Positions 10,098 through 20,594 are shown, counted from the stretch's first letter. The stretch: DNA of 64,000 nt from Bacillota bacterium (GCA_051745185.1 JBNJDV010000002.1:7136-71135), one strand, 5' to 3'. Notes: generated by a model from the sequence alone, not told the origin. Program-made: numbers and translations.

Positions 10098-12053
10098 TTA
10101 ACTGTCTATCTCCTGTTCTTTGATAAGCTGGCCGTCCCTATAAATTTCTATTGTAGTAGGTCCTACACTGTATATGGTTTTATTTACATATTCACCAGGA
10201 TTATGAACTTTTTGATATGCAACTTCTTCACCGTTGCTGTCATTTACAACTATTTTAATTTCTTGATCATCAGTACCTACTATATTGATTCCAATATTTG
10301 TACTGTGTTCTTCAAAACCACCATTATTAACAAGACCAGTACTTATTTCTAAATTTACTGAAGAACCGTCTGGTACTTCTTCTCCTGCAGGAAACTCTTG
10401 ACTAATAATTAGACCTTCTTCATACCTTGTAGAATCGCTGTATGATAGTTTCCCGGCTTCTAAACCACTTTGTTGTATTAATTCAAATGCACTCTCTCTT
10501 TGCAATCCAACTAATGATGGCATTAGCACCATTTCAGGTTTTGGACCATCACTCACAGTAATTTTGATAGGAGTATTAATTTCAATTTCAGTACCTGGTT
10601 CTGGATCTTGAGAGATTACATGATTCTCGCTTAATATTTCACTATACTCACGGTTTATTTCATCTAGTTTTAACCCTAAATTATCTATAATAACCTCAAC
10701 TTCTCGTAAAGGGCGTCCATTAAAATCTGGTATTTCTACTATTTTTGGACCTTGACTTACTGTAACTGCAATTTTTCTTGTTTGTTTTACTCTTTCACCA
10801 GGTTGGGGCTCCTGAGTAACTATTTTCCCACTTTCAATATCATTATGAAAAACTTCTTCCGAAATCTGAACACTTAAACCCTGTTGTTCTGCTATATCCT
10901 CAGCTTCAGTTATTTCAGTTTCTATCAAATCAGGAACCTTAACGATAGGTACCTCTGTATACACTTTAAAAAAGTAAATTACACCAAATACTGCTGTTGA
11001 GACTAGTAATACTAACGCTACAATCCAGATAATCCATTTTCTTAATTTAGTAGGTTTTTTAGGTTTATTTGCAACATATTCTTTACTTGACAATTTATCT
11101 TCTGAATTCTTTTCTTTTTTATCTTTAGAACTACTCTTTTTATTTATATCAGATTTTTTTAATATTTTAGTCTTATTATTCTCATCATTTATATTTTTTT
11201 CTTTATTTTCTTTATTATTTTTTTCTTTTACTTCTATATTTTTTAATGTTTTTACAATCTCTTCTCTTAACTGTGCTGCATTTTTATGCCTATCATTAGG
11301 ATCTTTAGCTAACGCCTTCATAACCAATTCATTTAGATCTTCAGGTATTGAAGGATTTAATTCTATTAATTCTTTAGGTTTTTTTTGTATATGTTTAAGT
11401 GCAACTGAAATAGGGCTTTCTCCATCAAAAGGTACCTGGCCGCTGATCATTTCATATAGTACTATACCTATTGAATATATGTCAGAATAAGTATTTATTT
11501 CTTTACCCTGAGCCTGTTCGGGAGAAAAGTAATTCGCACTACCCATTATTGTATCGGTTATCGTCATGGTTGAAGAAGTAACTGCTCTTGCAATACCAAA
11601 GTCAGTTACTTTAACCTGATTATTATCTGTAATTAAAATATTATGAGGCTTTATATCACAGTGTATAATATTATTTTGATGAGCAACTTCTACACCAGCT
11701 GTTACCTGGTTTGCAATATCTAATGCTTCTACAGCAGATAGTTTACCTCTTTTTTTTATTATGCTTTTTAAATCTCTACCTTCAATAAACTCCATGACAA
11801 GATAAAGACTATTTTCACTTTCAACAATATCATAGATGCTAACGACATTTGGATGAGTTATTCGAGCTACTGCTTTGGCCTCATGTCTAAATTTGTTTAT
11901 AAAGTCCTCATCAGACACAAATTCAGGACGCAGCATTTTTATAGCTACTTTTCTATCAAGCAAAATATCCTTTGCTTCATAGACTAAAGCCATTCCACCG
12001 CTTCCAATTTGTCTTTCAATTTTATAACGTTCATTTAAAAGTTTACCAATCAT
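10098..12053 (-). CDS. prkC: Ser/Thr protein kinase PrkC with three PASTA repeats
   Basis: Hanks kinase motifs (GSGGMALVY, HCDIKPHN, DFGIA). A Lys/Asn/Glu-rich linker, one TM segment (WIIWIVALVLLVSTAVFGVIYFF), three PASTA-like repeats and a terminal beta-rich domain. Confidence 0.9.
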   Translation of the reverse strand: MIGKLLNERYKIERQIGSGGMALVYEAKDILLDRKVAIKMLRPEFVSDEDFINKFRHEAKAVARITHPNVVSIYDIVESENSLYLVMEFIEGRDLKSIIKKRGKLSAVEALDIANQVTAGVEVAHQNNIIHCDIKPHNILITDNNQVKVTDFGIARAVTSSTMTITDTIMGSANYFSPEQAQGKEINTYSDIYSIGIVLYEMISGQVPFDGESPISVALKHIQKKPKELIELNPSIPEDLNELVMKALAKDPNDRHKNAAQLREEIVKTLKNIEVKEKNNKENKEKNINDENNKTKILKKSDINKKSSSKDKKEKNSEDKLSSKEYVANKPKKPTKLRKWIIWIVALVLLVSTAVFGVIYFFKVYTEVPIVKVPDLIETEITEAEDIAEQQGLSVQISEEVFHNDIESGKIVTQEPQPGERVKQTRKIAVTVSQGPKIVEIPDFNGRPLREVEVIIDNLGLKLDEINREYSEILSENHVISQDPEPGTEIEINTPIKITVSDGPKPEMVLMPSLVGLQRESAFELIQQSGLEAGKLSYSDSTRYEEGLIISQEFPAGEEVPDGSSVNLEISTGLVNNGGFEEHSTNIGINIVGTDDQEIKIVVNDSNGEEVAYQKVHNPGEYVNKTIYSVGPTTIEIYRDGQLIKEQEIDS

Positions 12054-12070
12054 TTTGACACCTCATATAG

Positions 12071-12781
12071 TTATATCCTGCCCATTATTATAGTTATATT
12101 ATCTTGCCCACCATTTTGTAAAGCTTTTTCGCCAAGAGTTTCTATCATATCTTCCACATCATCATAATTTTTAAATACTTTTTCTATGTTTTTAAACCTA
12201 ATCATATCTGTAAGTCCATCTGTACATAACATAACAATATTATTGGACTTTATATCTAGCTTAGCAGACTGTATTTCCAACTCTTTATCAACACCTAATG
12301 CTTGAGTAATAATATTCTTTTGGGGATGATTAAAGGCTTCATTGGGATCAATTGACTTGCTTTTAACCAGATCATTGACCAATGAATGGTCTGTAGTAAT
12401 CTGTTTTAACATATCATCATAAAGATAAATTCTACTGTCACCCACGTGTCCAAAATATAATTTACTATCTTTTATAATGGTTAACGTTAAAGTAGTTCCC
12501 ATTTCTTTAAGTTCACCATTATTTTTAGAATGTGTAAAAATATCTTTATTTGCATTGTTAATTACATATTCAATCTGTTTTATTATATTATCATCAAAAT
12601 TAAAAGAATAATTTTTTATACTTTCAATAGCAATACTGCTTGCTACTTCCCCCGCATTATGACCACCCATACCATCAGCTACCGCTAATATATGGTGGTC
12701 TTCTTTAGGTTCTAGTATTAAATAACTATCTTCATTATTTTGTCGCTTATTACCGATATTGGTAAAAACATTAAAACTCAT
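12071..12781 (-). CDS. prpC: PP2C-family Ser/Thr phosphatase (PrpC/Stp)
   Basis: Motifs AVADGMGGHNAGEVAS and GGQDNITII. Adjacent to prkC as in Firmicutes. Confidence 0.9.
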   Translation of the reverse strand: MSFNVFTNIGNKRQNNEDSYLILEPKEDHHILAVADGMGGHNAGEVASSIAIESIKNYSFNFDDNIIKQIEYVINNANKDIFTHSKNNGELKEMGTTLTLTIIKDSKLYFGHVGDSRIYLYDDMLKQITTDHSLVNDLVKSKSIDPNEAFNHPQKNIITQALGVDKELEIQSAKLDIKSNNIVMLCTDGLTDMIRFKNIEKVFKNYDDVEDMIETLGEKALQNGGQDNITIIMGRI

Positions 12782-12783
12782 CT

Positions 12784-13857
12784 TTAACCTCCATCTTTAA
12801 AGCTAGATCTCAACTGCCCACATGCTGCCTTAATATTTGTACCCTTTTCAATTCTAATACTAACAGGAATTCTTTCTTTTTCCAACTCATTTTTGAATTT
12901 TTCTACTATATATTTTTGTGGTCTTTTAATATTTAATTCCGGTACTGGATTAACCGGAATTAAATTTACATGAACTAATTTGTTTTTCATTAAATTAATT
13001 AACTGCTGAAGATGAACTTCACTATCATTAATATCTTTTATCAAAACATATTCAAAAGTTACCCTGCGATTAGTTTTTTTAATATAATAATCAACAGCTT
13101 TAAATAATTTATTCAGATTATACTTTTTATTTATTGGCATTAATTTATTTCTTAATCTATCATTGGGAGCATTTAAAGAAACTGCTAATCCAATTTGGTC
13201 ATTATTATCAGCTAATTTATTTATTTTGTCAACAATACCTGAAGTAGATATTGTCATCTTTCGCATTCCTATATTAAAACCATTTTGATCATTTAAAATT
13301 CTTACTGATTTCATAAGGTTATCATAATTTAAAAACGGTTCACCCATTCCCATAAAAACAATGTTTGTTATTGAGGGATTGCCGAAATTATTTTTACTTA
13401 TATCAATTTGAATTTTCAATATTTGTTCAATAATTTCAGCTGTTGAAAGATCGCGTATTAGTCCATCAATACCTGTTGCACAAAATTTACAACCTATTGA
13501 ACAACCAATTTGAGTTGAAACACAGATTGAATATCTATTTTCATCTTCATACGGCAAAAAAACACTCTCAACTAAGTTATTATCTTTTGTTTCCCACAAA
13601 TATTTTTGGGTACCATCTTCGGCAATTAATTTTTTGTTTAATTTTAAAGTATTTAAATCATATTTATCATTTAAGCTTGCAATAAGATCACTTGAAAGAT
13701 TAGACATATTTGAAAAGTCTAAAACACCATTTTTATAAATCCAGTTGAAGACTTGTTTAGCTCTAAATGATTGAATATTTTGTTCATCAAATTTTTTTTG
13801 TAATTCATTTTGATTAAAATTTAAAACATTTATTTTAGTCATTTCTTCCCATTCCAA
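12784..13857 (-). CDS. rlmN: 23S rRNA/tRNA (adenine-C2)-methyltransferase RlmN, radical SAM
   Basis: Radical SAM cluster motif GCSIGCKFCATG and the C-terminal ACGQL. The start may be the internal ATG at 13842. Confidence 0.9.
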   Translation of the reverse strand: MEWEEMTKINVLNFNQNELQKKFDEQNIQSFRAKQVFNWIYKNGVLDFSNMSNLSSDLIASLNDKYDLNTLKLNKKLIAEDGTQKYLWETKDNNLVESVFLPYEDENRYSICVSTQIGCSIGCKFCATGIDGLIRDLSTAEIIEQILKIQIDISKNNFGNPSITNIVFMGMGEPFLNYDNLMKSVRILNDQNGFNIGMRKMTISTSGIVDKINKLADNNDQIGLAVSLNAPNDRLRNKLMPINKKYNLNKLFKAVDYYIKKTNRRVTFEYVLIKDINDSEVHLQQLINLMKNKLVHVNLIPVNPVPELNIKRPQKYIVEKFKNELEKERIPVSIRIEKGTNIKAACGQLRSSFKDGG

Positions 13858-14530
13858 ATAAGAGGACTATTCTAACTAAGTTTGCAAGTGCAACTAAAGT
13901 AGCAGAGACATAAGTAAATGCTGCTGCCCTTAGAACCTTTTTAGCACCTTTAAGTTCTTTTGCATTTAAAATACTATTATTTTTAAGCATTGTTAGTGCC
14001 CTATTACTTGCATTAAATTCTACTGGTAATGTAACTAGATGGAAAACAAATGCACCAAAAAACATTATGAAACCTAGTACAATTAAAAATTGAGTCTGGA
14101 GAAAAAATCCAATAATTGCCATTGGAAGCCCCCAGCTAGAACCAATACTTGCTGCCGGAACTAAGCTAGCTCTAAGTTTTAAGGGCTTATACCCTCGAGC
14201 ATCCTGGATAGCATGTCCTGCTTCATGAGCTGCAACCCCTATTGCGGCAACTGAATTACTACCATAAATATTCTCAGACAAATTTAATACTTTTTTCTTG
14301 GGATCATAATGGTCTGTTAGCTTACCCTTTATTTTTTGAACATCCACATTATTAATCCCATTTTCATTTAATAAATTTCTTACTATTTCATCAGCACTCA
14401 TATTTTTATTTGTGGTAATTTTTGAATACTTATTAAAAGTACTTTTTACTTTATACTGTGCATACATAGCAATAATCAAAACCGGTATCAAAATAATTAT
14501 AGTTGGATCATAAAAAAACATAGATATCAC
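13835..14530 (-). CDS. Membrane zinc metallopeptidase, YugP-like (Zn_peptidase_2 type)
   Basis: HEAGH zinc motif flanked by N-terminal and C-terminal TM segments. 231 aa. Overlaps the rlmN start. Confidence 0.75.
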   Translation of the reverse strand: MISMFFYDPTIIILIPVLIIAMYAQYKVKSTFNKYSKITTNKNMSADEIVRNLLNENGINNVDVQKIKGKLTDHYDPKKKVLNLSENIYGSNSVAAIGVAAHEAGHAIQDARGYKPLKLRASLVPAASIGSSWGLPMAIIGFFLQTQFLIVLGFIMFFGAFVFHLVTLPVEFNASNRALTMLKNNSILNAKELKGAKKVLRAAAFTYVSATLVALANLVRIVLLFGMGRND

Positions 14531-14559
14531 CTCTCAATATTAAATGTAATATATAAATA

Positions 14560-15510
14560 TTATTTATTATTTTCTAACTTTTTATATTTTTCAATCGAAT
14601 AACCTCTTAAAAAATCATCATATTTCATTCTTTTTTTCCCTGACAACTGAAGTTCAATTATTTTTACAATATTATCTCCGGTTTGAATTAATAAGCCTTC
14701 CTTTGGATCAGCACTTATGATAGTACCCGGCTCTTTACTGCTCTTATTTTTAGTAACCTCTATCTTATATATTTTTAAAAGCTTTGAATCTAGATAGGTA
14801 AAAGATCCCGGCCAGGGATTCATTGCCCTAACAAAATTTTTGATATAATCTGCCTTCTTTGACCAATCAATTAAACCATCATCTTTACTAAGTTGAGTAG
14901 TATAACTAGATTTATTAGGATCTTGTTTAGTTCTTTTTACATTATTTGGATTACTTACAAAGTCTAGTATCGTTTCTTCAAGTAGTTCTGCTCCTGCTGA
15001 TGCTAACCTATCATGTAAATTACCAGCATTATCTTCTTCATATATATTAACTTCTTTTTGTTTAATGATATCACCGGTATCTAAACCCTCATCCATAAAC
15101 ATTGTAGTAACACCGGTTTTTTCTTTACCATCTAAAATAGCTTGCTGAATAGGGCTTGAACCTCTATATGTGGGTAATAATGAGGCATGTAAATTAATAC
15201 ACCCGTATTTAGGTAAATCAAGTAACTTTTTAGATAATATTTGTCCATAAGCAACTACAACCAATAAATCAATATCTAGTTGTTTTAATTTATTAATTGT
15301 TTTCTTATTATTAATATTTTTAGGCTGCATTATCTCTAAATTATATTTTTTAGCTGATTTTTTTACAGGTGTGTATCGAACTTTCTTTCCTCTACCCCTT
15401 TTTCTATCGGGTTGTGTTATTACAGCCTTAATGTTGAATTGATCATTTTTTGATAAAATCTCTAAACTGGGTACTGCAAAATCAGGTGTACCGGCAAAAA
15501 CAATATTCAT
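14560..15510 (-). CDS. fmt: Methionyl-tRNA formyltransferase
   Basis: MNIVFAGTPDFAV and NLHASLLPTYRGSSPIQ. The ATG at 15510 follows GGAGTG; the track start at 15528 is probably an over-extension. Confidence 0.9.
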   Translation of the reverse strand: MNIVFAGTPDFAVPSLEILSKNDQFNIKAVITQPDRKRGRGKKVRYTPVKKSAKKYNLEIMQPKNINNKKTINKLKQLDIDLLVVVAYGQILSKKLLDLPKYGCINLHASLLPTYRGSSPIQQAILDGKEKTGVTTMFMDEGLDTGDIIKQKEVNIYEEDNAGNLHDRLASAGAELLEETILDFVSNPNNVKRTKQDPNKSSYTTQLSKDDGLIDWSKKADYIKNFVRAMNPWPGSFTYLDSKLLKIYKIEVTKNKSSKEPGTIISADPKEGLLIQTGDNIVKIIELQLSGKKRMKYDDFLRGYSIEKYKKLENNK

Positions 15511-15517
15511 TATTGTA

Positions 15518-15988
15518 TCACTCCACATTATCTTCTTTTACTTCTATTGCCTTATCTACAAAAAGAGTTCCATCTAAATGATCTATTTCATGTAGAAATG
15601 CTCTTGCTTTTAATCCTTCTAATTTATATTTAACTTTTTCATTATTTTCATTAAGACCTTCAATCGTTGCTTTATCAGCTCTTTTTACTATACCTGTTTT
15701 ACCAGGTACACTTAAACAACCTTCTTCAGCAAAAGCTTCACCCTCTTTAACAATAACAGATGGGTTTATTAAAATCCTTAAATCATCCTCTACTTTAACT
15801 ACAATTACTCTCTGTAATATACCAATCTGTGGGGCTGCTAATCCTATTCCATCTGCTGCCTCCATAGAATCTATCATATTTTCAATCAGTTCTTTTGTGC
15901 TTTCATTTATATTTTTAACTTCATTTGATCTGCTTCTTAAAACTGGATCACCGATCTTTCTTATTGGTAGTACAGCCACTTCTATCAC
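15518..15988 (-). CDS. def: Peptide deformylase
   Basis: Motifs GIGLAAPQ, EGCLS and HEIDHLDG. Confidence 0.92.
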   Translation of the reverse strand: MIEVAVLPIRKIGDPVLRSRSNEVKNINESTKELIENMIDSMEAADGIGLAAPQIGILQRVIVVKVEDDLRILINPSVIVKEGEAFAEEGCLSVPGKTGIVKRADKATIEGLNENNEKVKYKLEGLKARAFLHEIDHLDGTLFVDKAIEVKEDNVE

Positions 15989-16000
15989 CTCTTTTTAGTA

Positions 16001-18238
16001 TTATAACATTGATATTGGATCTACATCAATATTATACTTCACATTTGTTGATATCTCTGTTAAATATTTATCCTTAAATTCTAATATAAAATCTTTGCGT
16101 TGTTTAATAGTATCGAATTTCAGTAATACTTGAACCCTATATTCACCCCTGATTCTTTCAATAGGAGCAGATGATGGTCCAATGATTTGTTCAATTTGTT
16201 TATATTCCTTTATACTATTATACAACTTTTTGGCTGAATTTTCAGCTTTCTTTTTATATTGGTGTACTAAAGTGATATTTATTAGGTGTTTAAAAGGAGG
16301 ATATTTCAATATTTTTCTTAAACTTATCTCCTTTTCATAAAAATACTCATAGTTATGATCCTTTGCTGCTAATATACTGTAATGTTCTGGATTATAGCTC
16401 TGAATAACAACTTTACCTTTCTTAGTTCCTCGACCAGTTCTACCTGCAACCTGAGTTAATAATTGAAAGGTTCTTTCAGCAGACCTAAAATCAGGTAAAT
16501 TCATTATAGTATCAGCTGTTATTACACCAACTAATGATATATTGGGATAATCATGTCCCTTTGCTACCATTTGAGTTCCAATCAAAATATCTATTTTTTG
16601 ATTTTCTAACTTATCAAGTATTTTTCGATGAGCTCCCTTTTTTGTAGTTGTATCATAGTCCATTCTTACAACCTTAGCTTCAGGGAACTTCTTTTTAACC
16701 TCTTTTTCTATTCTTTCAGTACCTACTCCAAAATCTTTTATATATTTACTACTACAGTTTGGGCAGTATTTTGGCATTTTTTTTGTATTGCCACAGTAGT
16801 GACAAACCAGTTCATTTTTGTTTTGATGGTAAGTCATTGAAATATCGCAGTTGTCACATTTAATTACTTCTCCACAACTTCTACATAAAACAAAACTAGA
16901 ATATCCGCGGCGGTTTAAAAACAATATCGCTTGTTCACCTTTTTTTAATGTACTACTTAAACCATTTTCAAGATATCCGCTAAATATTGAAGTATTACCT
17001 TTTTTTAGTTCTTCTTTCATATTAACAATATTAACCGGCGGCATTTTTTTATCATCAATTCTTTTAGGTAATGATAAGTATTTATAATCTTTTTCTTTAG
17101 ATTTATAGTAACTCTCTAATGAAGGAGTGGCAGAACCTAATATTAAGTCGATATCATTAATCTTAGCTCTTTTTATTGCAACCTCCCTAGCATGGTAATA
17201 AGGGTGTGTATTTTGTTTGTATGAGTTTTCATGTTCTTCATCTATAATTATAATTCCTAAATCTTTTACCGGTGCAAAAACTGCTGACCTAGCACCGATT
17301 ACTATCTTTGATTTGCCTGTTTTAATATTTCTCCATTCATCATATCTTTCACCAGTTGATAGGCCTGAATGTAGTACAGCAATTTCATCTCCAAACCTAC
17401 TGTAAAATCTTTTCACCATGACAGGAGTTAAAGATATCTCAGGAACTAATAAGATTGCACCTTTATCTTTTTTGATTATTTCCTTAATCAACTGTATATA
17501 TACTTCGGTTTTACCAGAACCAGTAACACCGTGCAAAAGATAAGTTTGGTGACTATCTTTTAATAAATTACCTTTTATTATATTTAAGACTTCTTTTTGG
17601 TTTTTAGTTGGTTTTAATTCCTCAGCCATCTTTAAATCAAAATCTTTATATGGTGACCTATGTTCAATAAATTCTGTATATTTTAAAATTCCTTTATCAA
17701 CTAAACCATCTACTGAACCCCTGTATACTTCTAGCTTATCTAAAAGATCTTTTACCTTATGTTTTTTATTATTATTTTTTATATAATCCAATACTTTATA
17801 CTGACTGGATGCTCTTGTTTTTAAATCTTCTAGATAATTATCTATGATTTTTTCATCTATATTAAGTACTACCGCTTTTATTGTTTTTTTTCTAATATTA
17901 CCTTTGAAAACAGCTGTTGGAACAGCTGCTTTTATAACATTTATTAATAATGTACAGTAATTATCACTGATCCACCTATATAGCTTTAAATCCTTTTTAT
18001 TAAAAAAAACTTCTTTCGTTATTATGCTTTCTATATTTTTTAAACTTTCTTTCTCAACTTCTGTCTTATCCTTTATTTTGACAATAAAGGCCCTTAGTTT
18101 TCTTCTTCCGAATTTTATCTTTACTGCCATTCCAACTTTTAACTCACTTATTAAATCATCAGGTATAATATAGTCATATGCTTTATCAAATTTTTGTACA
18201 GGTATATCAACGATTACTTCTGCAAATTTATTCATCAT
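16001..18238 (-). CDS. priA: Primosomal replication restart helicase PriA
   Basis: Motifs GVTGSGKTEVY and IIIDEEHE. Has the Cys-rich zinc insert CRSCGEVIKCDNCDISMTYH..CHYCG. Confidence 0.92.
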   Translation of the reverse strand: MMNKFAEVIVDIPVQKFDKAYDYIIPDDLISELKVGMAVKIKFGRRKLRAFIVKIKDKTEVEKESLKNIESIITKEVFFNKKDLKLYRWISDNYCTLLINVIKAAVPTAVFKGNIRKKTIKAVVLNIDEKIIDNYLEDLKTRASSQYKVLDYIKNNNKKHKVKDLLDKLEVYRGSVDGLVDKGILKYTEFIEHRSPYKDFDLKMAEELKPTKNQKEVLNIIKGNLLKDSHQTYLLHGVTGSGKTEVYIQLIKEIIKKDKGAILLVPEISLTPVMVKRFYSRFGDEIAVLHSGLSTGERYDEWRNIKTGKSKIVIGARSAVFAPVKDLGIIIIDEEHENSYKQNTHPYYHAREVAIKRAKINDIDLILGSATPSLESYYKSKEKDYKYLSLPKRIDDKKMPPVNIVNMKEELKKGNTSIFSGYLENGLSSTLKKGEQAILFLNRRGYSSFVLCRSCGEVIKCDNCDISMTYHQNKNELVCHYCGNTKKMPKYCPNCSSKYIKDFGVGTERIEKEVKKKFPEAKVVRMDYDTTTKKGAHRKILDKLENQKIDILIGTQMVAKGHDYPNISLVGVITADTIMNLPDFRSAERTFQLLTQVAGRTGRGTKKGKVVIQSYNPEHYSILAAKDHNYEYFYEKEISLRKILKYPPFKHLINITLVHQYKKKAENSAKKLYNSIKEYKQIEQIIGPSSAPIERIRGEYRVQVLLKFDTIKQRKDFILEFKDKYLTEISTNVKYNIDVDPISML

Positions 18239-19277
18239 TACTCCTCTTTTTACTTATTTCTCTAATAGCAAAAAATCCTCCGACTACTAATATAAAATAA
18301 AAAGTTGCTACTCTCCAGCTTAAAGTAACTAAACCTACAATATCTTTAGGTATAAAAGCTATAAATAAAGATGCAAAACCTAATTCAGCAACTCCACTTG
18401 CTCCTGGTGTTGGAGTATAAGGTAAAATTAGATAAAAGATAGTCTGCATAATGTAGGCTTGCAAGAAATTAGGTTCAGCTCCAAAAGCCATTAATAAAAC
18501 TGGCATTATAAAAAATAGACTGCTCCAGAATAAAATTGTGTAAAATGCACCCCAAAATAAGCCTTTTTTATTTTTTCTTAAAACGTTTAAAGACTCTCTA
18601 AAATCTTCTAGTTCTCTTCTTCCTTTCACTAATAACCGTTTTGCCTTATAACTGTTATGAATGAACTTTTTAAGCCTACCTATATTCAATATATGAAATG
18701 TCAACTTATCTCCAATTTTAGGAACTAAAGTTAATAGTATGATTCCTGTTGATATTAATATTCCAGTTCCAAAAGCTATATAAAAAATATACTTTGGCAC
18801 TGCACCAGCTGAAATATATTTATTAAAAAATATCAAAAAAATAGGAGTTAATATTCCAAAGTAAAATAATCTCAATAAAAAATTAGTTACTACCACAGTT
18901 GATGCTTTGCCCACATTTACACCCTTTTTGTGTAAAAAATATATTTGAAATGGTCCACCACCACTTGCAAAAGGGGTAACATTTGATACAAAAGCACCAG
19001 AAAGGTGTATTATAATACAGTCTAGTAAAGATAACTTTTTATCAATTATACCAACCATAACCTTTAATCTTTGTCCTGCTGCTATTTGGTTGAATAATAT
19101 TAATCCTAAAACTACAAAAATATACTCTTTGTCGATATTTCTTATAATTCTCTCTAAAGTATCTTCATCAATAGTAACTAGTATAATAATTGTAGAAATT
19201 ACTAAACTCAATATAACAGCATATCTAAGCCCTTTAAATATTGTTTTTTTATCAATTGTTCTTTCTTCAGTATTCAT
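18228..19277 (-). CDS. Polytopic membrane protein of the UPF0104 / LPG-synthase-TM (flippase-like) type
   Basis: 349 aa with about 8 hydrophobic segments and a conserved-looking RLKVMV...LSGAFVSNVTPFASGGGPFQ stretch. Overlaps the priA start by 11 nt. The family assignment comes from memory of the motif pattern only. Confidence 0.6.
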   Translation of the reverse strand: MNTEERTIDKKTIFKGLRYAVILSLVISTIIILVTIDEDTLERIIRNIDKEYIFVVLGLILFNQIAAGQRLKVMVGIIDKKLSLLDCIIIHLSGAFVSNVTPFASGGGPFQIYFLHKKGVNVGKASTVVVTNFLLRLFYFGILTPIFLIFFNKYISAGAVPKYIFYIAFGTGILISTGIILLTLVPKIGDKLTFHILNIGRLKKFIHNSYKAKRLLVKGRRELEDFRESLNVLRKNKKGLFWGAFYTILFWSSLFFIMPVLLMAFGAEPNFLQAYIMQTIFYLILPYTPTPGASGVAELGFASLFIAFIPKDIVGLVTLSWRVATFYFILVVGGFFAIREISKKRSNDE

Positions 19278-19304
19278 TTAAGTTCCCACCTTTTATAAGC
19301 AAGG

Positions 19305-19338
19305 CAAAACCGAAGGACCTAATATCTTATCCTCCGGT
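19305..19338 (-). terminator. Rho-independent terminator after metK
   Basis: On the minus strand: ACCGGAGGA, a 12-nt loop, TCCTTCGGT, then TTTTG. The stem has 9 bp including one G-U pair. Confidence 0.55.
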
Positions 19339-19349
19339 ATATACTTCAA

Positions 19350-20525
19350 CTATACTTTATTTTTAACAGTATTTACCATATCTAATCTTTCCCAGGGAAG
19401 GTCTAATTCTATTCTTCCAAAATGACCGTAATTAGTAATTTGACTGTAAATAGGTCTCATTAAATCAAATTTATCAATAATCCCCCCGGGTGTTAGATTG
19501 AAATTGTCTCTTATTACTTTAATTAATCTATCTTCACTAACTTTGGCTGTATTAAAAGTCTCAACCATTATAGATAAAGGATGTGCAACACCTATTGCAT
19601 ATGAAAGCTGAACTTCACATTTGTCTGCTAATCCTGCTGCAACAATATTTTTAGCTATATGTCTAGCTGCATAAGATGCTGAACGATCCACTTTAGTAGG
19701 ATCTTTTCCAGAAAAAGCCCCTCCACCATGGCGAGCAGTTCCTCCATAAGTATCTACAATAATTTTGCGCCCGGTTAAACCTGCATCTCCATGAGGACCA
19801 CCAATAACAAATCTTCCTGTTGGGTTAACTAATATTTCAGTATTATCATCAATCATATTTTCTGGTATTATCTTACTTATAACAAATTGGCATAAGTCTC
19901 TTTTAATAGTATCTTGAGCGACTTCAGGATGATGTTGAGCAGAAATTAATACTTTATCTACTCTTTTAGGCTTATCATTTTCATACTCTACAGTAACCTG
20001 TGTTTTTCCATCAGGTCTTAAATAATCTAATGTACCCTTCTTTCTTACTATTGCTACCCTCCTGGCTAATTTATGAGCCAATGTTATTGGTAAAGGCATA
20101 TATTCTTCGGTTTCGTTTGAAGCATAACCATACATTATGCCTTGATCTCCTGCACCTAGTTGATCTTTATCTTTACCTTGTTTTGATTCATATGATTGAT
20201 TTACACCAAGTGCTATATCAGCAGACTGTTCTTTAATTGATGTTATCACTCCACACGTTTCTCCATCAAAACCATATTTTGCTCTATCATAACCTATATC
20301 CATTATGGTTTGTCTTGCTATTTCAGTTACATCTACATAACATTCTGTCGTTATTTCACCAGATATAAATGCTAACCCTGTTGTAACAAAGGTTTCACAT
20401 GCAACTCTAGCATCTTTATCTTTTTTTAATATTTCATCTAAAATAGAATCAGATATCTTGTCAGCAACTTTATCAGGATGACCCTCAGTCACTGATTCTG
20501 ATGTCATTAGATAATTTTTTGGCAT
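19350..20525 (-). CDS. metK: S-adenosylmethionine synthetase
   Basis: Motifs [18 protein letters not shown] and [17 protein letters not shown]. Confidence 0.95.
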   Translation of the reverse strand: MPKNYLMTSESVTEGHPDKVADKISDSILDEILKKDKDARVACETFVTTGLAFISGEITTECYVDVTEIARQTIMDIGYDRAKYGFDGETCGVITSIKEQSADIALGVNQSYESKQGKDKDQLGAGDQGIMYGYASNETEEYMPLPITLAHKLARRVAIVRKKGTLDYLRPDGKTQVTVEYENDKPKRVDKVLISAQHHPEVAQDTIKRDLCQFVISKIIPENMIDDNTEILVNPTGRFVIGGPHGDAGLTGRKIIVDTYGGTARHGGGAFSGKDPTKVDRSASYAARHIAKNIVAAGLADKCEVQLSYAIGVAHPLSIMVETFNTAKVSEDRLIKVIRDNFNLTPGGIIDKFDLMRPIYSQITNYGHFGRIELDLPWERLDMVNTVKNKV

Positions 20526-20559
20526 TTTATCACCTTCAATTATAGTTATTAATACTTAA

Positions 20560-20588
20560 AGTTTAGCATATTGAAAATTAAGTGTCAA
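20560..20588 (-). promoter_or_regulatory. Sigma-A type promoter for metK
   Basis: On the minus strand: TTGACA (20583-20588), a 17-nt spacer, then TAAACT (20560-20565). It lies inside the 69-nt tldE-metK spacer. Confidence 0.45.
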
Positions 20589-20594
20589 TTATTA

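Noticed and set aside
11050-11260. Low-complexity A/T-rich DNA in prkC that could be mistaken for a repeat element.
   Set aside because: It is in frame and encodes the Lys/Asn/Glu-rich juxtamembrane linker of PrkC. It has no unit periodicity beyond codon bias.
20526-20594. Looked for a SAM riboswitch upstream of metK, and for other riboswitch-like GC-rich structured leaders upstream of the MATE pump (34210-34400), EF-G2 (31386-31508) and remA (25482-25560).
   Set aside because: The spacers are too short or uniformly AT-rich without conserved cores. Only the ileS T-box shows recognisable conserved RNA motifs.
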